Sequence record: NC_054917.1
DNA: 64,000 nucleotides
Origin: Escherichia phage vB_EcoM_G50
Strand: one strand, 5' to 3'
A program made the translations under genes and the position numbers. Numbering within the stretch: the first letter of the stretch is position 1; the number at the start of each line of letters is the position of its first letter. The notes under the pieces were generated by a model. It searched no databases. It was not told the origin of the DNA and worked only from the letters and a program-made list of their open reading frames with translations. This document shows positions 38,423-47,990 of this stretch, in pieces.

Positions 38423-39988
38423 ATGACTATCAAAACTAAAGCTGAACTTTTGAACAAATGGAAGCCATTACTGGAAGGTGAAGGTTTACCGGAAATTGCT
38501 AATAGCAAACAAGCGATTATCGCTAAAATCTTTGAAAACCAGGAAAAAGATTTCCAGACAGCTCCAGAGTACAAAGACGAAAAAATTGCTCAGGCATTTG
38601 GTTCTTTCTTAACAGAAGCTGAAATCGGTGGTGACCACGGTTACAATGCTACTAACATCGCTGCCGGTCAGACTTCTGGTGCAGTAACTCAGATTGGCCC
38701 AGCTGTTATGGGTATGGTACGTCGTGCTATTCCTAACCTGATTGCTTTCGATATTTGTGGTGTTCAGCCGATGAACAGCCCGACCGGTCAGGTATTCGCA
38801 CTGCGCGCAGTATATGGTAAAGACCCAATCGCTGCCGGTGCTAAAGAAGCATTCCACCCAATGTATGGTCCAGATGCAATGTTCTCTGGTCAGGGTGCTG
38901 CTAAGAAATTCGCTGCTTTGAAAGCAAGTGATACTCTTGAAGTTGGAACTATTTACACCCACTTCTTCCAGGACACTGGTACTGTGTATCTGCAAGCTAC
39001 AGAAGCTAAGCAAATTGATACTAGTGCAACTGACGCAGCTAAATTAGATGCTGAAATTAAGAAACAAATGGAAGCTGGTGTACTGGTAGAAATCGCTGAA
39101 GGTATGGCTACTTCTATCGCTGAACTCCAGGAAAGTTTCAACGGTTCTACCGATAACCCATGGAATGAAATGGGCTTCCGTATCGATAAACAAGTTATCG
39201 AAGCTAAATCTCGCCAGCTGAAAGCTGCTTACTCTATCGAATTAGCACAAGACCTCCGCGCTGTTCACGGTATGGATGCTGATGCTGAACTGTCTGGTAT
39301 TCTGGCTACCGAAATCATGCTGGAAATCAACCGCGAAGTTGTTGATTGGATTAACTACTCAGCCCAGGTTGGTAAATCTGGTATGACCCTGACTCCGGGT
39401 TCTAAAGCTGGTGTATTTGACTTCCAGGATCCGATTGATATTCGTGGTGCTCGCTGGGCGGGTGAATCCTTTAAAGCTCTGTTGTTCCAGATTGACAAAG
39501 AAGCAGTTGAAATTGCTCGTCAGACCGGTCGTGGTGAAGGTAACTTCATTATCGCTTCCCGTAACGTAGTTAACGTTCTGGCTTCAGTTGATACTGGCAT
39601 TTCTTATGCTGCACAGGGTCTGGCTACCGGCTTTAACACTGATACTACCAAGTCAGTATTTGCTGGTGTTCTGGGTGGTAAATACCGTGTATATATCGAC
39701 CAGTATGCTAAACAGGATTATTTCACCGTAGGTTATAAAGGTCCGAACGAAATGGATGCAGGTATTTACTATGCTCCATATGTAGCTCTGACTCCGCTGC
39801 GTGGTTCCGATCCGAAGAACTTCCAACCAGTAATGGGATTCAAAACTCGTTACGGTATCGGTATCAACCCATTTGCAGAATCCGCTGCTCAGGCTCCGGC
39901 TTCTCGCATCCAGAGCGGTATGCCTTCTATTCTGAATAGCCTTGGTAAAAACGCTTACTTCCGCCGTGTATATGTTAAAGGTATCTAA
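38423..39988 (+). CDS. 23: major capsid protein gp23
   Basis: 521 aa; MTIKTKAELLNKWKPLLEGEGLPEIANSKQAII... matches recalled T4 gp23; strong codon usage. Confidence 0.97.
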   Translation: MTIKTKAELLNKWKPLLEGEGLPEIANSKQAIIAKIFENQEKDFQTAPEYKDEKIAQAFGSFLTEAEIGGDHGYNATNIAAGQTSGAVTQIGPAVMGMVRRAIPNLIAFDICGVQPMNSPTGQVFALRAVYGKDPIAAGAKEAFHPMYGPDAMFSGQGAAKKFAALKASDTLEVGTIYTHFFQDTGTVYLQATEAKQIDTSATDAAKLDAEIKKQMEAGVLVEIAEGMATSIAELQESFNGSTDNPWNEMGFRIDKQVIEAKSRQLKAAYSIELAQDLRAVHGMDADAELSGILATEIMLEINREVVDWINYSAQVGKSGMTLTPGSKAGVFDFQDPIDIRGARWAGESFKALLFQIDKEAVEIARQTGRGEGNFIIASRNVVNVLASVDTGISYAAQGLATGFNTDTTKSVFAGVLGGKYRVYIDQYAKQDYFTVGYKGPNEMDAGIYYAPYVALTPLRGSDPKNFQPVMGFKTRYGIGINPFAESAAQAPASRIQSGMPSILNSLGKNAYFRRVYVKGI

Positions 39989-40003
39989 TCTTTGACGATT
40001 TAA

Positions 40004-40019
40004 GGGACCTTCGGGTCCC
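40004..40019 (+). terminator. stem-loop GGGACCTTCGGGTCCC plus T-tract
   Basis: Perfect hairpin followed by TTTAGTTGTTTTT after gene 23. Confidence 0.65.
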
Positions 40020-40036
40020 TTTAGTTGTTTTTATGG

Positions 40037-40044
40037 TATAAATA
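40037..40044 (+). promoter_or_regulatory. T4 late promoter TATAAATA (gene 24)
   Basis: Exact octamer about 28 nt upstream of gene 24 ATG. Confidence 0.6.
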
Positions 40045-40071
40045 AATCATATAAACCAAAAGGAAAGCGCA

Positions 40072-41355
40072 ATGGCTAAAATCAACGAACTTCTGCGCGA
40101 ATCAACCACAACGAATAGCAACTCAATCGGTCGCCCAAATCTCGTTGCTTTGACTCGCGCTACCACTAAATTAATATATTCTGACATTGTAGCAACACAA
40201 AGAACTAATCAACCTGTTGCTGCTTTTTATGGTATCAAATACCTTAACCCAGACAACGAATTTACGTTTAAAACTGGTGCTACTTACGCTGGCGAAGCTG
40301 GGTACGTAGACCGAGAACAAATCACAGAATTAACAGAAGAGTCTAAATTAACTCTCAATAAAGGCGATTTATTCAAATATAATAATATCGTTTATAAAGT
40401 ATTAGAAGATACACCATTTGCTGATATTGAAGAAAGCGATTTAGAATTAGCTCTTCAGATTGCAATTGTTCTTTTAAAGGTTCGTCTATTTTCTGATGCA
40501 GCATCAACAAGCAAATTTGAAAGCTCTGATAGCGAAATTGCGGATGCTAGATTCCAGATTAATAAATGGCAAACCGCAGTTAAATCTCGTAAACTTAAAA
40601 CTGGCATTACAGTTGAATTAGCACAAGATTTAGAAGCAAATGGATTCGATGCTCCTAATTTCTTGGAAGATTTGCTTGCAACTGAAATGGCGGATGAAAT
40701 CAATAAAGATATTCTGCAATCTTTGATTACAGTATCAAAACGCTATAAAGTTACAGGAATTACTGATACTGGATTCATTGATTTGAGTTATGCATCTGCA
40801 CCTGAAGCTGGTCGTTCATTATACCGAATGGTGTGTGAAATGGTTTCGCATATCCAAAAAGAATCAACTTATACTGCAACGTTCTGTGTTGCTTCAGCTC
40901 GTGCCGCTGCGATTCTTGCTGCATCAGGTTGGTTAAAACATAAACCAGAAGATGATAAATATCTTTCACAAAATGCCTATGGGTTCTTAGCTAATGGTTT
41001 ACCGCTTTATTGCGATACTAACAGCCCATTAGATTATGTAATCGTTGGCGTAGTAGAAAATATTGGTGAAAAAGAAATTGTCGGATCAATTTTCTATGCT
41101 CCGTATACAGAAGGTCTTGACTTAGATGACCCTGAACATGTAGGTGCATTTAAAGTTGTAGTTGATCCAGAAAGCTTACAACCATCTATCGGTTTATTGG
41201 TTAGATATGCTTTATCTGCAAATCCTTACACTGTAGCAAAAGATGAAAAAGAAGCAAGAATAATTGATGGTGGAGACATGGATAAAATGGCGGGTCGTTC
41301 AGATTTGTCTGTTTTATTAGGTGTTAAATTACCAAAAATTATCGTTGATGAATAA
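40072..41355 (+). CDS. 24: capsid vertex protein gp24
   Basis: 427 aa; gp23 paralog. Confidence 0.95.
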   Translation: MAKINELLRESTTTNSNSIGRPNLVALTRATTKLIYSDIVATQRTNQPVAAFYGIKYLNPDNEFTFKTGATYAGEAGYVDREQITELTEESKLTLNKGDLFKYNNIVYKVLEDTPFADIEESDLELALQIAIVLLKVRLFSDAASTSKFESSDSEIADARFQINKWQTAVKSRKLKTGITVELAQDLEANGFDAPNFLEDLLATEMADEINKDILQSLITVSKRYKVTGITDTGFIDLSYASAPEAGRSLYRMVCEMVSHIQKESTYTATFCVASARAAAILAASGWLKHKPEDDKYLSQNAYGFLANGLPLYCDTNSPLDYVIVGVVENIGEKEIVGSIFYAPYTEGLDLDDPEHVGAFKVVVDPESLQPSIGLLVRYALSANPYTVAKDEKEARIIDGGDMDKMAGRSDLSVLLGVKLPKIIVDE

Positions 41356-41359
41356 AACA

Positions 41360-41379
41360 AAGGGACCAAAAGGTCCCTT
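41360..41379. terminator. bidirectional stem-loop AAGGGACCAAAAGGTCCCTT
   Basis: Hairpin between convergent gene 24 (+) and rnlB (-), T-tract on + side. Confidence 0.6.
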
Positions 41380-41384
41380 TTTAT

Positions 41385-42389
41385 TTAACTTACCAATTCA
41401 ATCCAAGCCGGACGAAGTACATCTTGTACCATTTTAACTAATTCCTTTTTAATCAAAGAAGGATTATCTGCTTGAGTTAGAGTAATACCTTCACGAGAAG
41501 TTTCTTCCAAAATATCTTGAACAGTTAGTCCCATCACCTTTCCAAAATCTTTTGGACCAATTTCGCCAATTTTAGAAATAACGTTATTTACCCGGTTCAG
41601 TGTAACGTAGCAAGCTAAAATTCCCAGCAATTTATTATCAGCTTCTGACAGCTCAACTTTAGCTTTAATAGGCTTATCAGACTTTTTCTTTTCGCTAAAT
41701 TTAGAGTTCTTGCATTTAATAGCTACACGATTGCCATTAGGCATCCAAGAAGGATAACAAGGTTTCAATACATAACCTTCAGCGGTAAATACTTCGCCTT
41801 TTGCTTCGGCATTCCAGACGCATTTATTTGCATCAACTAATCCAGCATGGTCTACTGTAAAATTATAATCTTGGACGACAGAATCTAAATCATTTGGCAA
41901 TTTAATAAGCTCTTCAAATTTACCGCGACCTAAAAGTGGAGCCATTTTAAATTTAAATGTATTACAGAATGATTCCATCATATAATCATCGACATAAGTC
42001 ACATCACCACTTTCGGTAGTAACAATAATGTCAAATACATAAAAATCTTTATCACCATAATCGACATTCTTCTGAATGCCAGGTCCAGCAAATTCGCCAA
42101 AGACTTGATAAGATACAACTGCCGAAGTTTCCATAATATCTTGTACTGCTTTAATGGAATCAGCGTAATTCTTTAGAATAATTTCATACCCAAAGAAATC
42201 TTCAGCAGGAAGAATCGGTCCAGTACGTTTAGCACAAGTTGCTTTATCGCGTTCAATAATCAGTGAGAAATTTGTGCCATGAATCTTTTCACGAGCTACC
42301 CATTCGCCGCCAGTCAATCCTAAACTGTAAAGTTTTTCAATGAATTTAGAATTGTAATGATTTTCAAGACTGCTATACTTTTTAAACAT
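41385..42389 (-). CDS. rnlB: RNA ligase 2
   Basis: 334 aa; nucleotidyltransferase motif I KIHGTN; position after gene 24 as in T4. Confidence 0.85.
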   Translation of the reverse strand: MFKKYSSLENHYNSKFIEKLYSLGLTGGEWVAREKIHGTNFSLIIERDKATCAKRTGPILPAEDFFGYEIILKNYADSIKAVQDIMETSAVVSYQVFGEFAGPGIQKNVDYGDKDFYVFDIIVTTESGDVTYVDDYMMESFCNTFKFKMAPLLGRGKFEELIKLPNDLDSVVQDYNFTVDHAGLVDANKCVWNAEAKGEVFTAEGYVLKPCYPSWMPNGNRVAIKCKNSKFSEKKKSDKPIKAKVELSEADNKLLGILACYVTLNRVNNVISKIGEIGPKDFGKVMGLTVQDILEETSREGITLTQADNPSLIKKELVKMVQDVLRPAWIELVS

Positions 42390-42398
42390 AATTAATCC

Positions 42399-42677
42399 TC
42401 AAAATGTAATTTCTAACCAATCACCATCACGCTGATCACTATTGACTTTAAAGCTAAATCCTTCTTTTCTCAGCCAATCACCAATTTCTTCAGTAATCAA
42501 TTTATCGCGAGCAGTACAATAATAACTAAAATATGTTTTACCTTGTTCAGCTGCTTTATTAGCAAGTTCCGAAAAATCTTTAATAAAACACTCTAGCTTG
42601 AACTGCTTACTTTTAAGTGCTTTTTCGCGTAATTGATTAGCAAAAGATTCATTTTCATAAAGATCATACTGTTCCAT
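42399..42677 (-). CDS. hypothetical protein (92 aa)
   Basis: ORF between hoc and rnlB. Confidence 0.5.
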   Translation of the reverse strand: MEQYDLYENESFANQLREKALKSKQFKLECFIKDFSELANKAAEQGKTYFSYYCTARDKLITEEIGDWLRKEGFSFKVNSDQRDGDWLEITF

Positions 42678-42879
42678 TTTTCACCTTTTTATTGATATGT
42701 CTTTTTCTATAGACAACTTTTTCTCGAGTCTCAAATTTATTCTTAGCAGTCATAGCTCGAGCCCATAATACAGCCACTTCTTTCGCCTGTAAATTCAATT
42801 CACGAGCAATTTCAATGAATGACTTTCCAGACTCATGGAGTGTAAACACCACAACCTCAGTTCTCATAATCAATCTCAT
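42664..42879 (-). CDS. small putative helix-turn-helix protein (about 65-71 aa)
   Basis: Segment LHESGKSFIEIARELNLQAKEVAVLWARA resembles an HTH; basic C-terminus. Confidence 0.45.
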   Translation of the reverse strand: MRLIMRTEVVVFTLHESGKSFIEIARELNLQAKEVAVLWARAMTAKNKFETREKVVYRKRHINKKVKNGTV

Positions 42880-42948
42880 GTTATCGAGTTGGTGCCATTA
42901 TATACATCGTTTTCTGATTGTGTTTTGTGTGCTTTCAAAATGAAGAAA

Positions 42949-42962
42949 GGGGCCGAAGCCCC
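42949..42962 (-). terminator. stem-loop GGGGCCGAAGCCCC plus U-tract
   Basis: Hairpin 3' of hoc followed on minus strand by TTTCTTCATTTTG. Confidence 0.55.
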
Positions 42963-42967
42963 TGAGA

Positions 42968-44128
42968 TTATGGATAGGTATAGATGATACCAGTTTCTAA
43001 AGCAGTTTTATGAATGATGTATCCATTACGCGATTCTTGAACATCAACTTCTGGATAGTCTTTCATCATCTTCTGAAGAGTGTAACGATGCAGGTAGTAT
43101 TTACTATCTGGATCTTCAGTTTTCCAATCTTTACCTTCTTCAGTCATTTTTTGGATTTCATCCATAACCCACCAACCGCACCAGATATAAGCTGAAGTAC
43201 GATGTGGAAGAGGATGAACATAAGGCAATTCACCTTCCGGTTCCGGAGCAACTTTATCAGTTACCTGAACTTGACCTTCTGCTGTAATAGTTTTGCTATC
43301 ATAATCAGTGGCAGTAACAGTTGCAGTAACTTCAATGGTTTGACTTCCAATAGATGATGTATCAACGGTGTATACATTAGTTGACCCTTCTACAGGAGAA
43401 GAATCTTTCTTCCATGAATACGTAATTTGTGCTTCTTCTGGAGCATCCGTAACGTTAGCAGTAAATGTAGCCGAAGCATCTTGCTGAACATTAATAGAAG
43501 GAGGAGTCAATGTAACCTGTGGATTCATTGTCTTTTTATTAACCGTTAATGATACTTCATTAGAAGTAACTTCCTTTTCATTATCTTCATTAGAAGTAAC
43601 TTCCTTTTCATTATAATTTTCTGCAGTTACTTGGGCTACACACTTAATTGTTTTAACTCCGCTTGTGGAAGGAGTGTAATTGAATGTAGCAGAAGTTGCT
43701 TCGCCTACAGGAGAACCGTCAACGTACCATTGATACGTAGCAGTTGCGCCAGATGGCTGTGAAGCTAAGGCAGCAGTAAATTCAACGGCTGTTCCGATTA
43801 CTCCTTCTGGAGGACTATTAGGAGTTACAGCTAAGGTAGTTGTTTGTGTCTTATTTTGAACTGTGATAGTTGTAGTAGCTTCTGCTGTTTCAGCATCAGT
43901 ATCTGGGACTGGGTTTGTTGCAACTACTTTAATAGTCTTTTGACCGGCAGGTCCTTTTAATACATAATTAAAAGTTGCTTCAGCTCCATCTTGTGGAAAA
44001 TCATCTACAGTCCAAGCATATGTAATAGGTCCATCTCCAGTTTGACCACTGGGTGTAGCAGTAAACTGCTTAGTTTCATCAATAACCCCTGTCGGTGTTT
44101 TAGGAGTTATATCAACTGTAAAAGCCAT
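42968..44128 (-). CDS. hoc: highly immunogenic outer capsid protein Hoc (Ig-like domains)
   Basis: 386 aa; MAFTVDITPKTPTGVIDETKQFTATPSGQTG... and C-terminal ELPYVHPLPHR...IIYTYP match recalled T4 Hoc. Confidence 0.9.
   Translation of the reverse strand: MAFTVDITPKTPTGVIDETKQFTATPSGQTGDGPITYAWTVDDFPQDGAEATFNYVLKGPAGQKTIKVVATNPVPDTDAETAEATTTITVQNKTQTTTLAVTPNSPPEGVIGTAVEFTAALASQPSGATATYQWYVDGSPVGEATSATFNYTPSTSGVKTIKCVAQVTAENYNEKEVTSNEDNEKEVTSNEVSLTVNKKTMNPQVTLTPPSINVQQDASATFTANVTDAPEEAQITYSWKKDSSPVEGSTNVYTVDTSSIGSQTIEVTATVTATDYDSKTITAEGQVQVTDKVAPEPEGELPYVHPLPHRTSAYIWCGWWVMDEIQKMTEEGKDWKTEDPDSKYYLHRYTLQKMMKDYPEVDVQESRNGYIIHKTALETGIIYTYP
43555..43614 (-). repeat. perfect 30-bp tandem duplication inside hoc
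   Basis: cttcattagaagtaacttccttttcattat occurs twice back to back; encodes NEKEVTSNED twice in frame. Confidence 0.9.
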
Positions 44129-44137
44129 AAGTTATCC

Positions 44138-44818
44138 TTATTTTAATGTTACGAAAGAAGAATTGCGTGTTTCACGAATTAAAACTGATCCGTCGCGGTT
44201 AATGTAATAAATTAAGCTAAATAAAGTTTGGTGTGCTGACGCATGTTCAAAACTAGTTGGGTGAGATTTCCAATCCGGAGTTTCAGCAATCCATTGATAA
44301 ATCCACCAAGGAACAGTGCAGAATCCTGGATTTTTTCCAATCAGCTGAAGATTTGGGCTAAAGTTTTCCGGAAGAGTAAATACAGACAGCTTTTCAGATT
44401 CAATAATCTCAGCTACAGCCTGCTCGAATTTTTCTTCAACAAAAGGAGTATCTTCAATCAAAACATCGGTATTTTCAGGAATTTTATCCGTTTCTACTAC
44501 TTCAATTTTAATGTCAGATTTAACCGGAGAATCAATCAGAAGTGCTGCCTCTGGATTGACTTCTTCATCGTCATATTTTAATCCGTCTGCAGCATCAGCA
44601 GCATCAATTAAGTCTTTAATAGATAACCCATCAGTCTCTGGCATAGGTTCACTAGCGAGCTGCTGGAGGGCTTCTTCAATATCAACAACGATATTATCAA
44701 AAGATTTATTCTTTTTGACTTTTATACCAAACTGTTCAGCATATTCAGCTAATTTAGCCTTAGCTTCTTTATTATCATCAAGAGCCTTCAGCTCTGCAAT
44801 ATAATCTTTATCTATCAT
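44138..44818 (-). CDS. inh: prohead protease inhibitor Inh
   Basis: 226 aa as in T4; adjacent to hoc. Confidence 0.75.
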   Translation of the reverse strand: MIDKDYIAELKALDDNKEAKAKLAEYAEQFGIKVKKNKSFDNIVVDIEEALQQLASEPMPETDGLSIKDLIDAADAADGLKYDDEEVNPEAALLIDSPVKSDIKIEVVETDKIPENTDVLIEDTPFVEEKFEQAVAEIIESEKLSVFTLPENFSPNLQLIGKNPGFCTVPWWIYQWIAETPDWKSHPTSFEHASAHQTLFSLIYYINRDGSVLIRETRNSSFVTLK

Positions 44819-44831
44819 AATATTTCCTCAG

Positions 44832-44839
44832 TATAAATA
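44832..44839 (+). promoter_or_regulatory. T4 late promoter TATAAATA (uvsW)
   Basis: Exact octamer about 30 nt upstream of uvsW ATG. Confidence 0.55.
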
Positions 44840-44868
44840 TAGATATATTTATTACATGGTATTTAGAC

Positions 44869-46380
44869 ATGACTGACATTAAAGTACATTTTTATGATTT
44901 TAGTCACGTGAGAATTGATTGTGAAGAAAGTACATTTCATGAACTCCGTGATTTCTTTAGCTTTGAAGCTGATGGATATCGTTTTAATCCGAAATACAAA
45001 TATGGTCACTGGGATGGACGAATCCGTCTTTTAGATTATAATCGCCTTCTTCCGTTTGGCTTAGTCGGGCAAATTAAAAAGTTCTGTGATAACTTTGGCT
45101 ATAAAGCCTGGATTGACCCACAAATTAACGAAAAAGAAGAATTATCAAGAAAAGATTTTGATGAATGGCTTTCTAAATTAGAAATCTATTCAGGAAATAA
45201 AAGAATTGAACCGCATTGGTATCAAAAAGACGCAGTGTTCGAAGGGTTAGTTAATCGTCGTAGAATTCTTAATCTTCCAACATCCGCAGGTAAATCTTTA
45301 ATTCAAGCTTTGCTTGCACGTTATTATTTGGAAAATTATGAAGGTAAAATTCTTATCATTGTTCCAACAACTGCTCTGACAACTCAGATGGCTGATGACT
45401 TTGTTGATTATCGTTTATTCAGTCATGCAATGATAAAGAAAATTGGCGGCGGAGCATCAAAAGATGATAAATATAAAAATGATGCACCGGTAATTGTTGG
45501 TACATGGCAAACTGTAGTAAAACAACCAAAAGAATGGTTCTCACAGTTTGGAATGATGATGAATGATGAATGCCATCTTGCTACAGGAAAAAGTATTTCA
45601 TCTATCATATCAGGTTTAAATAACTGCATGTTCAAATTCGGTTTGTCTGGTTCATTACGTGATGGCAAAGCCAATATCATGCAGTATGTTGGAATGTTTG
45701 GTGAAATATTTAAGCCAGTAACGACTTCTAAATTAATGGAAGATGGACAAGTAACTGAGCTAAAAATTAATAGTATTTTTCTTCGCTATCCCGATGAGTT
45801 CACTACTAAATTAAAGGGAAAAACTTACCAAGAAGAAATAAAAATTATTACTGGGCTCAGTAAAAGAAATAAATGGATCGCTAAATTAGCTATTAAACTT
45901 GCGCAAAAAGATGAAAACGCTTTTGTCATGTTTAAACACGTATCGCACGGTAAAGCTATTTTCGATTTAATTAAAAATGAATACGATAAAGTTTATTACG
46001 TATCAGGGGAAGTTGATACCGAAACTCGAAACATAATGAAAACCTTAGCTGAAAACGGTAAAGGAATAATTATAGTAGCTAGTTATGGTGTATTTTCTAC
46101 TGGTATTTCAGTTAAAAATCTGCATCATGTTGTTTTAGCGCACGGTGTTAAATCTAAAATTATTGTATTGCAAACAATAGGTCGTGTATTACGTAAGCAT
46201 GGTTCTAAAACAATCGCAACGGTCTGGGACCTCATTGATGATTGCGGTGTTAAGCCAAAATCTGCTAATACAAAAAAGAAATATGTTCATTTGAACTATC
46301 TTTTAAAACACGGCATTGATCGTATTCAGCGCTACGCAGATGAAAAATTTAATTACGTAATGAAAACAGTTAATTTATAA
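44869..46380 (+). CDS. uvsW: UvsW RNA-DNA and DNA-DNA helicase
   Basis: 503 aa; SF2 helicase Walker A LPTSAGKS and DECH box. Confidence 0.9.
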   Translation: MTDIKVHFYDFSHVRIDCEESTFHELRDFFSFEADGYRFNPKYKYGHWDGRIRLLDYNRLLPFGLVGQIKKFCDNFGYKAWIDPQINEKEELSRKDFDEWLSKLEIYSGNKRIEPHWYQKDAVFEGLVNRRRILNLPTSAGKSLIQALLARYYLENYEGKILIIVPTTALTTQMADDFVDYRLFSHAMIKKIGGGASKDDKYKNDAPVIVGTWQTVVKQPKEWFSQFGMMMNDECHLATGKSISSIISGLNNCMFKFGLSGSLRDGKANIMQYVGMFGEIFKPVTTSKLMEDGQVTELKINSIFLRYPDEFTTKLKGKTYQEEIKIITGLSKRNKWIAKLAIKLAQKDENAFVMFKHVSHGKAIFDLIKNEYDKVYYVSGEVDTETRNIMKTLAENGKGIIIVASYGVFSTGISVKNLHHVVLAHGVKSKIIVLQTIGRVLRKHGSKTIATVWDLIDDCGVKPKSANTKKKYVHLNYLLKHGIDRIQRYADEKFNYVMKTVNL

Positions 46381-46392
46381 GGGCTTCGGCCC
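46381..46392 (+). terminator. stem-loop GGGCTTCGGCCC between uvsW and uvsW.1
   Basis: Perfect GC hairpin immediately after uvsW stop, followed by GGAGAAAAAGATG. Confidence 0.45.
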
Positions 46393-46405
46393 TTTGGAGA
46401 AAAAG

Positions 46406-46636
46406 ATGTTACTAGAATTTAAACAATTTCTTTATGAAGCTTCTATTGATGAATTTATGGGTAAAATTGCCTCTTGTCAAACATTAGAAGGTCTAGAAGA
46501 ACTTGAAGCTTATTATAAGAAAAGAGTTAAAGAAACTGAATTAAAAGATACTGATGACATCTCCGTGAGAGATGCTTTGGCAGGAAAAAGAGCTGAATTA
46601 GAAGATTCAGACGATGAAGTAGAAGAAAGCTTTTAA
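46406..46636 (+). CDS. uvsW.1: UvsW.1 small acidic protein
   Basis: 76 aa from ATG with SD GGAG; ORF track starts it at a TTG at 46394; different frame from uvsW. Confidence 0.7.
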   Translation: MLLEFKQFLYEASIDEFMGKIASCQTLEGLEELEAYYKKRVKETELKDTDDISVRDALAGKRAELEDSDDEVEESF

Positions 46637-46691
46637 ATTAAAAAAGGCCCAACCAAAAAGGAAGGGCCAAAACTATAGACTAAAGGTCACA

Positions 46692-46859
46692 CTATAGCAA
46701 AAGTTGCGTTTCATTTAATTGTTCTTCCGAACTTTCTGAAACTGGTAGTTCTTTGATGTAATTATAGCAAGGCCCAGGATGTACAGGACCTTTGTCTGTT
46801 TCAACAACCAATGCAGAATCGATTGGAGTTTTACAGACAACACAAATCTTATCTGACAT
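46692..46859 (-). CDS. small Cys-containing protein (55 aa), possible zinc ribbon
   Basis: ATG at 46857-46859; MSDKICVVCKTPIDSALVVETDKGPVHPGPCYNY...; CxxC...PC; below ORF-track cutoff. Confidence 0.35.
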   Translation of the reverse strand: MSDKICVVCKTPIDSALVVETDKGPVHPGPCYNYIKELPVSESSEEQLNETQLLL

Positions 46860-46887
46860 GATTGTCTCCTCTAAATTATATATCTAT

Positions 46888-47112
46888 TTATATAACTCTC
46901 ATATGCATATCAATGCCCATATCTTTAGAATAAAAATATTCATCAAGATATCCGGCAAATTTTCCTTTAATATAAAGGACATCTTCACCGCATGGGTGGT
47001 CGGCCAGGATACGAATATCCTGACGCTTGAGATTATACTTTTTCATTAAGAATTGAATTTCCGTTTCGAATTCTTCTTCATAATTAAAAGCATCATCAAT
47101 GCTATATTTCAT
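46888..47112 (-). CDS. hypothetical protein, uvsY.-2-like (74 aa)
   Basis: ORF immediately downstream of uvsY with stop/start overlap. Confidence 0.55.
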   Translation of the reverse strand: MKYSIDDAFNYEEEFETEIQFLMKKYNLKRQDIRILADHPCGEDVLYIKGKFAGYLDEYFYSKDMGIDMHMRVI

Positions 47113-47525
47113 TATTTTCCAGCCTCAAATGCTCGCATGTCTTGAATATGCTTGATAGCAAATCCACGTGATTTAATAGCATCAAGAGCTCCGCTACAGA
47201 AATCCAATAAAATTCCCCAATATTGTAATGAAGTATCAACTTTTAAAACATCCTTATCAGCTGATAGAACTGTCTTCATTTCTGATTTCTCATAACGATC
47301 CATACTAAATTCATCACCATCTCCTCGTCCCGAGTAGTAGTCTAATTTAGCTTTAAGAGCAACTTTTTTCTGTGCGTCAATTCTAAGCATTTCCTTTTTA
47401 ATACTTGAATGCTTATTGAGCCATTTACTATATAACATCACATTATTAGCTGCTTCATACTGTAATTTAGTCGAATCTATAAACACATCTTTCTTCAATT
47501 CTTCTTGAAGATCTTCTAATCTCAT
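47112..47525 (-). CDS. uvsY: recombination mediator UvsY
   Basis: 137 aa as in T4. Confidence 0.85.
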   Translation of the reverse strand: MRLEDLQEELKKDVFIDSTKLQYEAANNVMLYSKWLNKHSSIKKEMLRIDAQKKVALKAKLDYYSGRGDGDEFSMDRYEKSEMKTVLSADKDVLKVDTSLQYWGILLDFCSGALDAIKSRGFAIKHIQDMRAFEAGK

Positions 47526-47591
47526 ATTGTTCTCTATTCAATTGTTATTGGATGGACTTAGATTCATTATACCACGTTTACACGTGAAGCA

Positions 47592-47990
47592 TTATACTCT
47601 ATTACTGGAAGCCAGTTGTAGTTTTATCTGCTCAATATCATCAGGGTTATCGATGACCGAAAAGCGTATTTCTACTATCAGAGTATAATCATCATAAACT
47701 GGTATTACATTAACTGCTAATTTATCAATACGTGGCTCGTAGTTTCTTACTGCGCTTTCAATGTTACGCTCAACAGTATCAGCAGTAAGAGGAGTCATAT
47801 TCTCAAAAAGCTGATCAGATAAATCACATCCAAATTCCGGGTCAAATGGTCTCGACCCTTTTCTAGTTGTAATAATTCCCAAAAGGCTATTTTTAATTGA
47901 CCTTAATCCAAGGGATCTAGAAACATCTTTGTCCCAATCCATTTTCATTTCTGGGTCAATGTCAGAATAAAGCTTATTAATATTTGCCAT
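47592..47990 (-). CDS. 25: baseplate wedge protein gp25
   Basis: 132 aa as in T4. Confidence 0.9.
   Translation of the reverse strand: MANINKLYSDIDPEMKMDWDKDVSRSLGLRSIKNSLLGIITTRKGSRPFDPEFGCDLSDQLFENMTPLTADTVERNIESAVRNYEPRIDKLAVNVIPVYDDYTLIVEIRFSVIDNPDDIEQIKLQLASSNRV

Noticed and set aside
39989-40071. Looked for a homing endonuclease or intron insertion between genes 23 and 24 and elsewhere in the structural block
   Set aside because: Intergenic spaces are short and contain only terminator and late-promoter elements; no extra ORF or intron-like interruption of any structural gene was seen.
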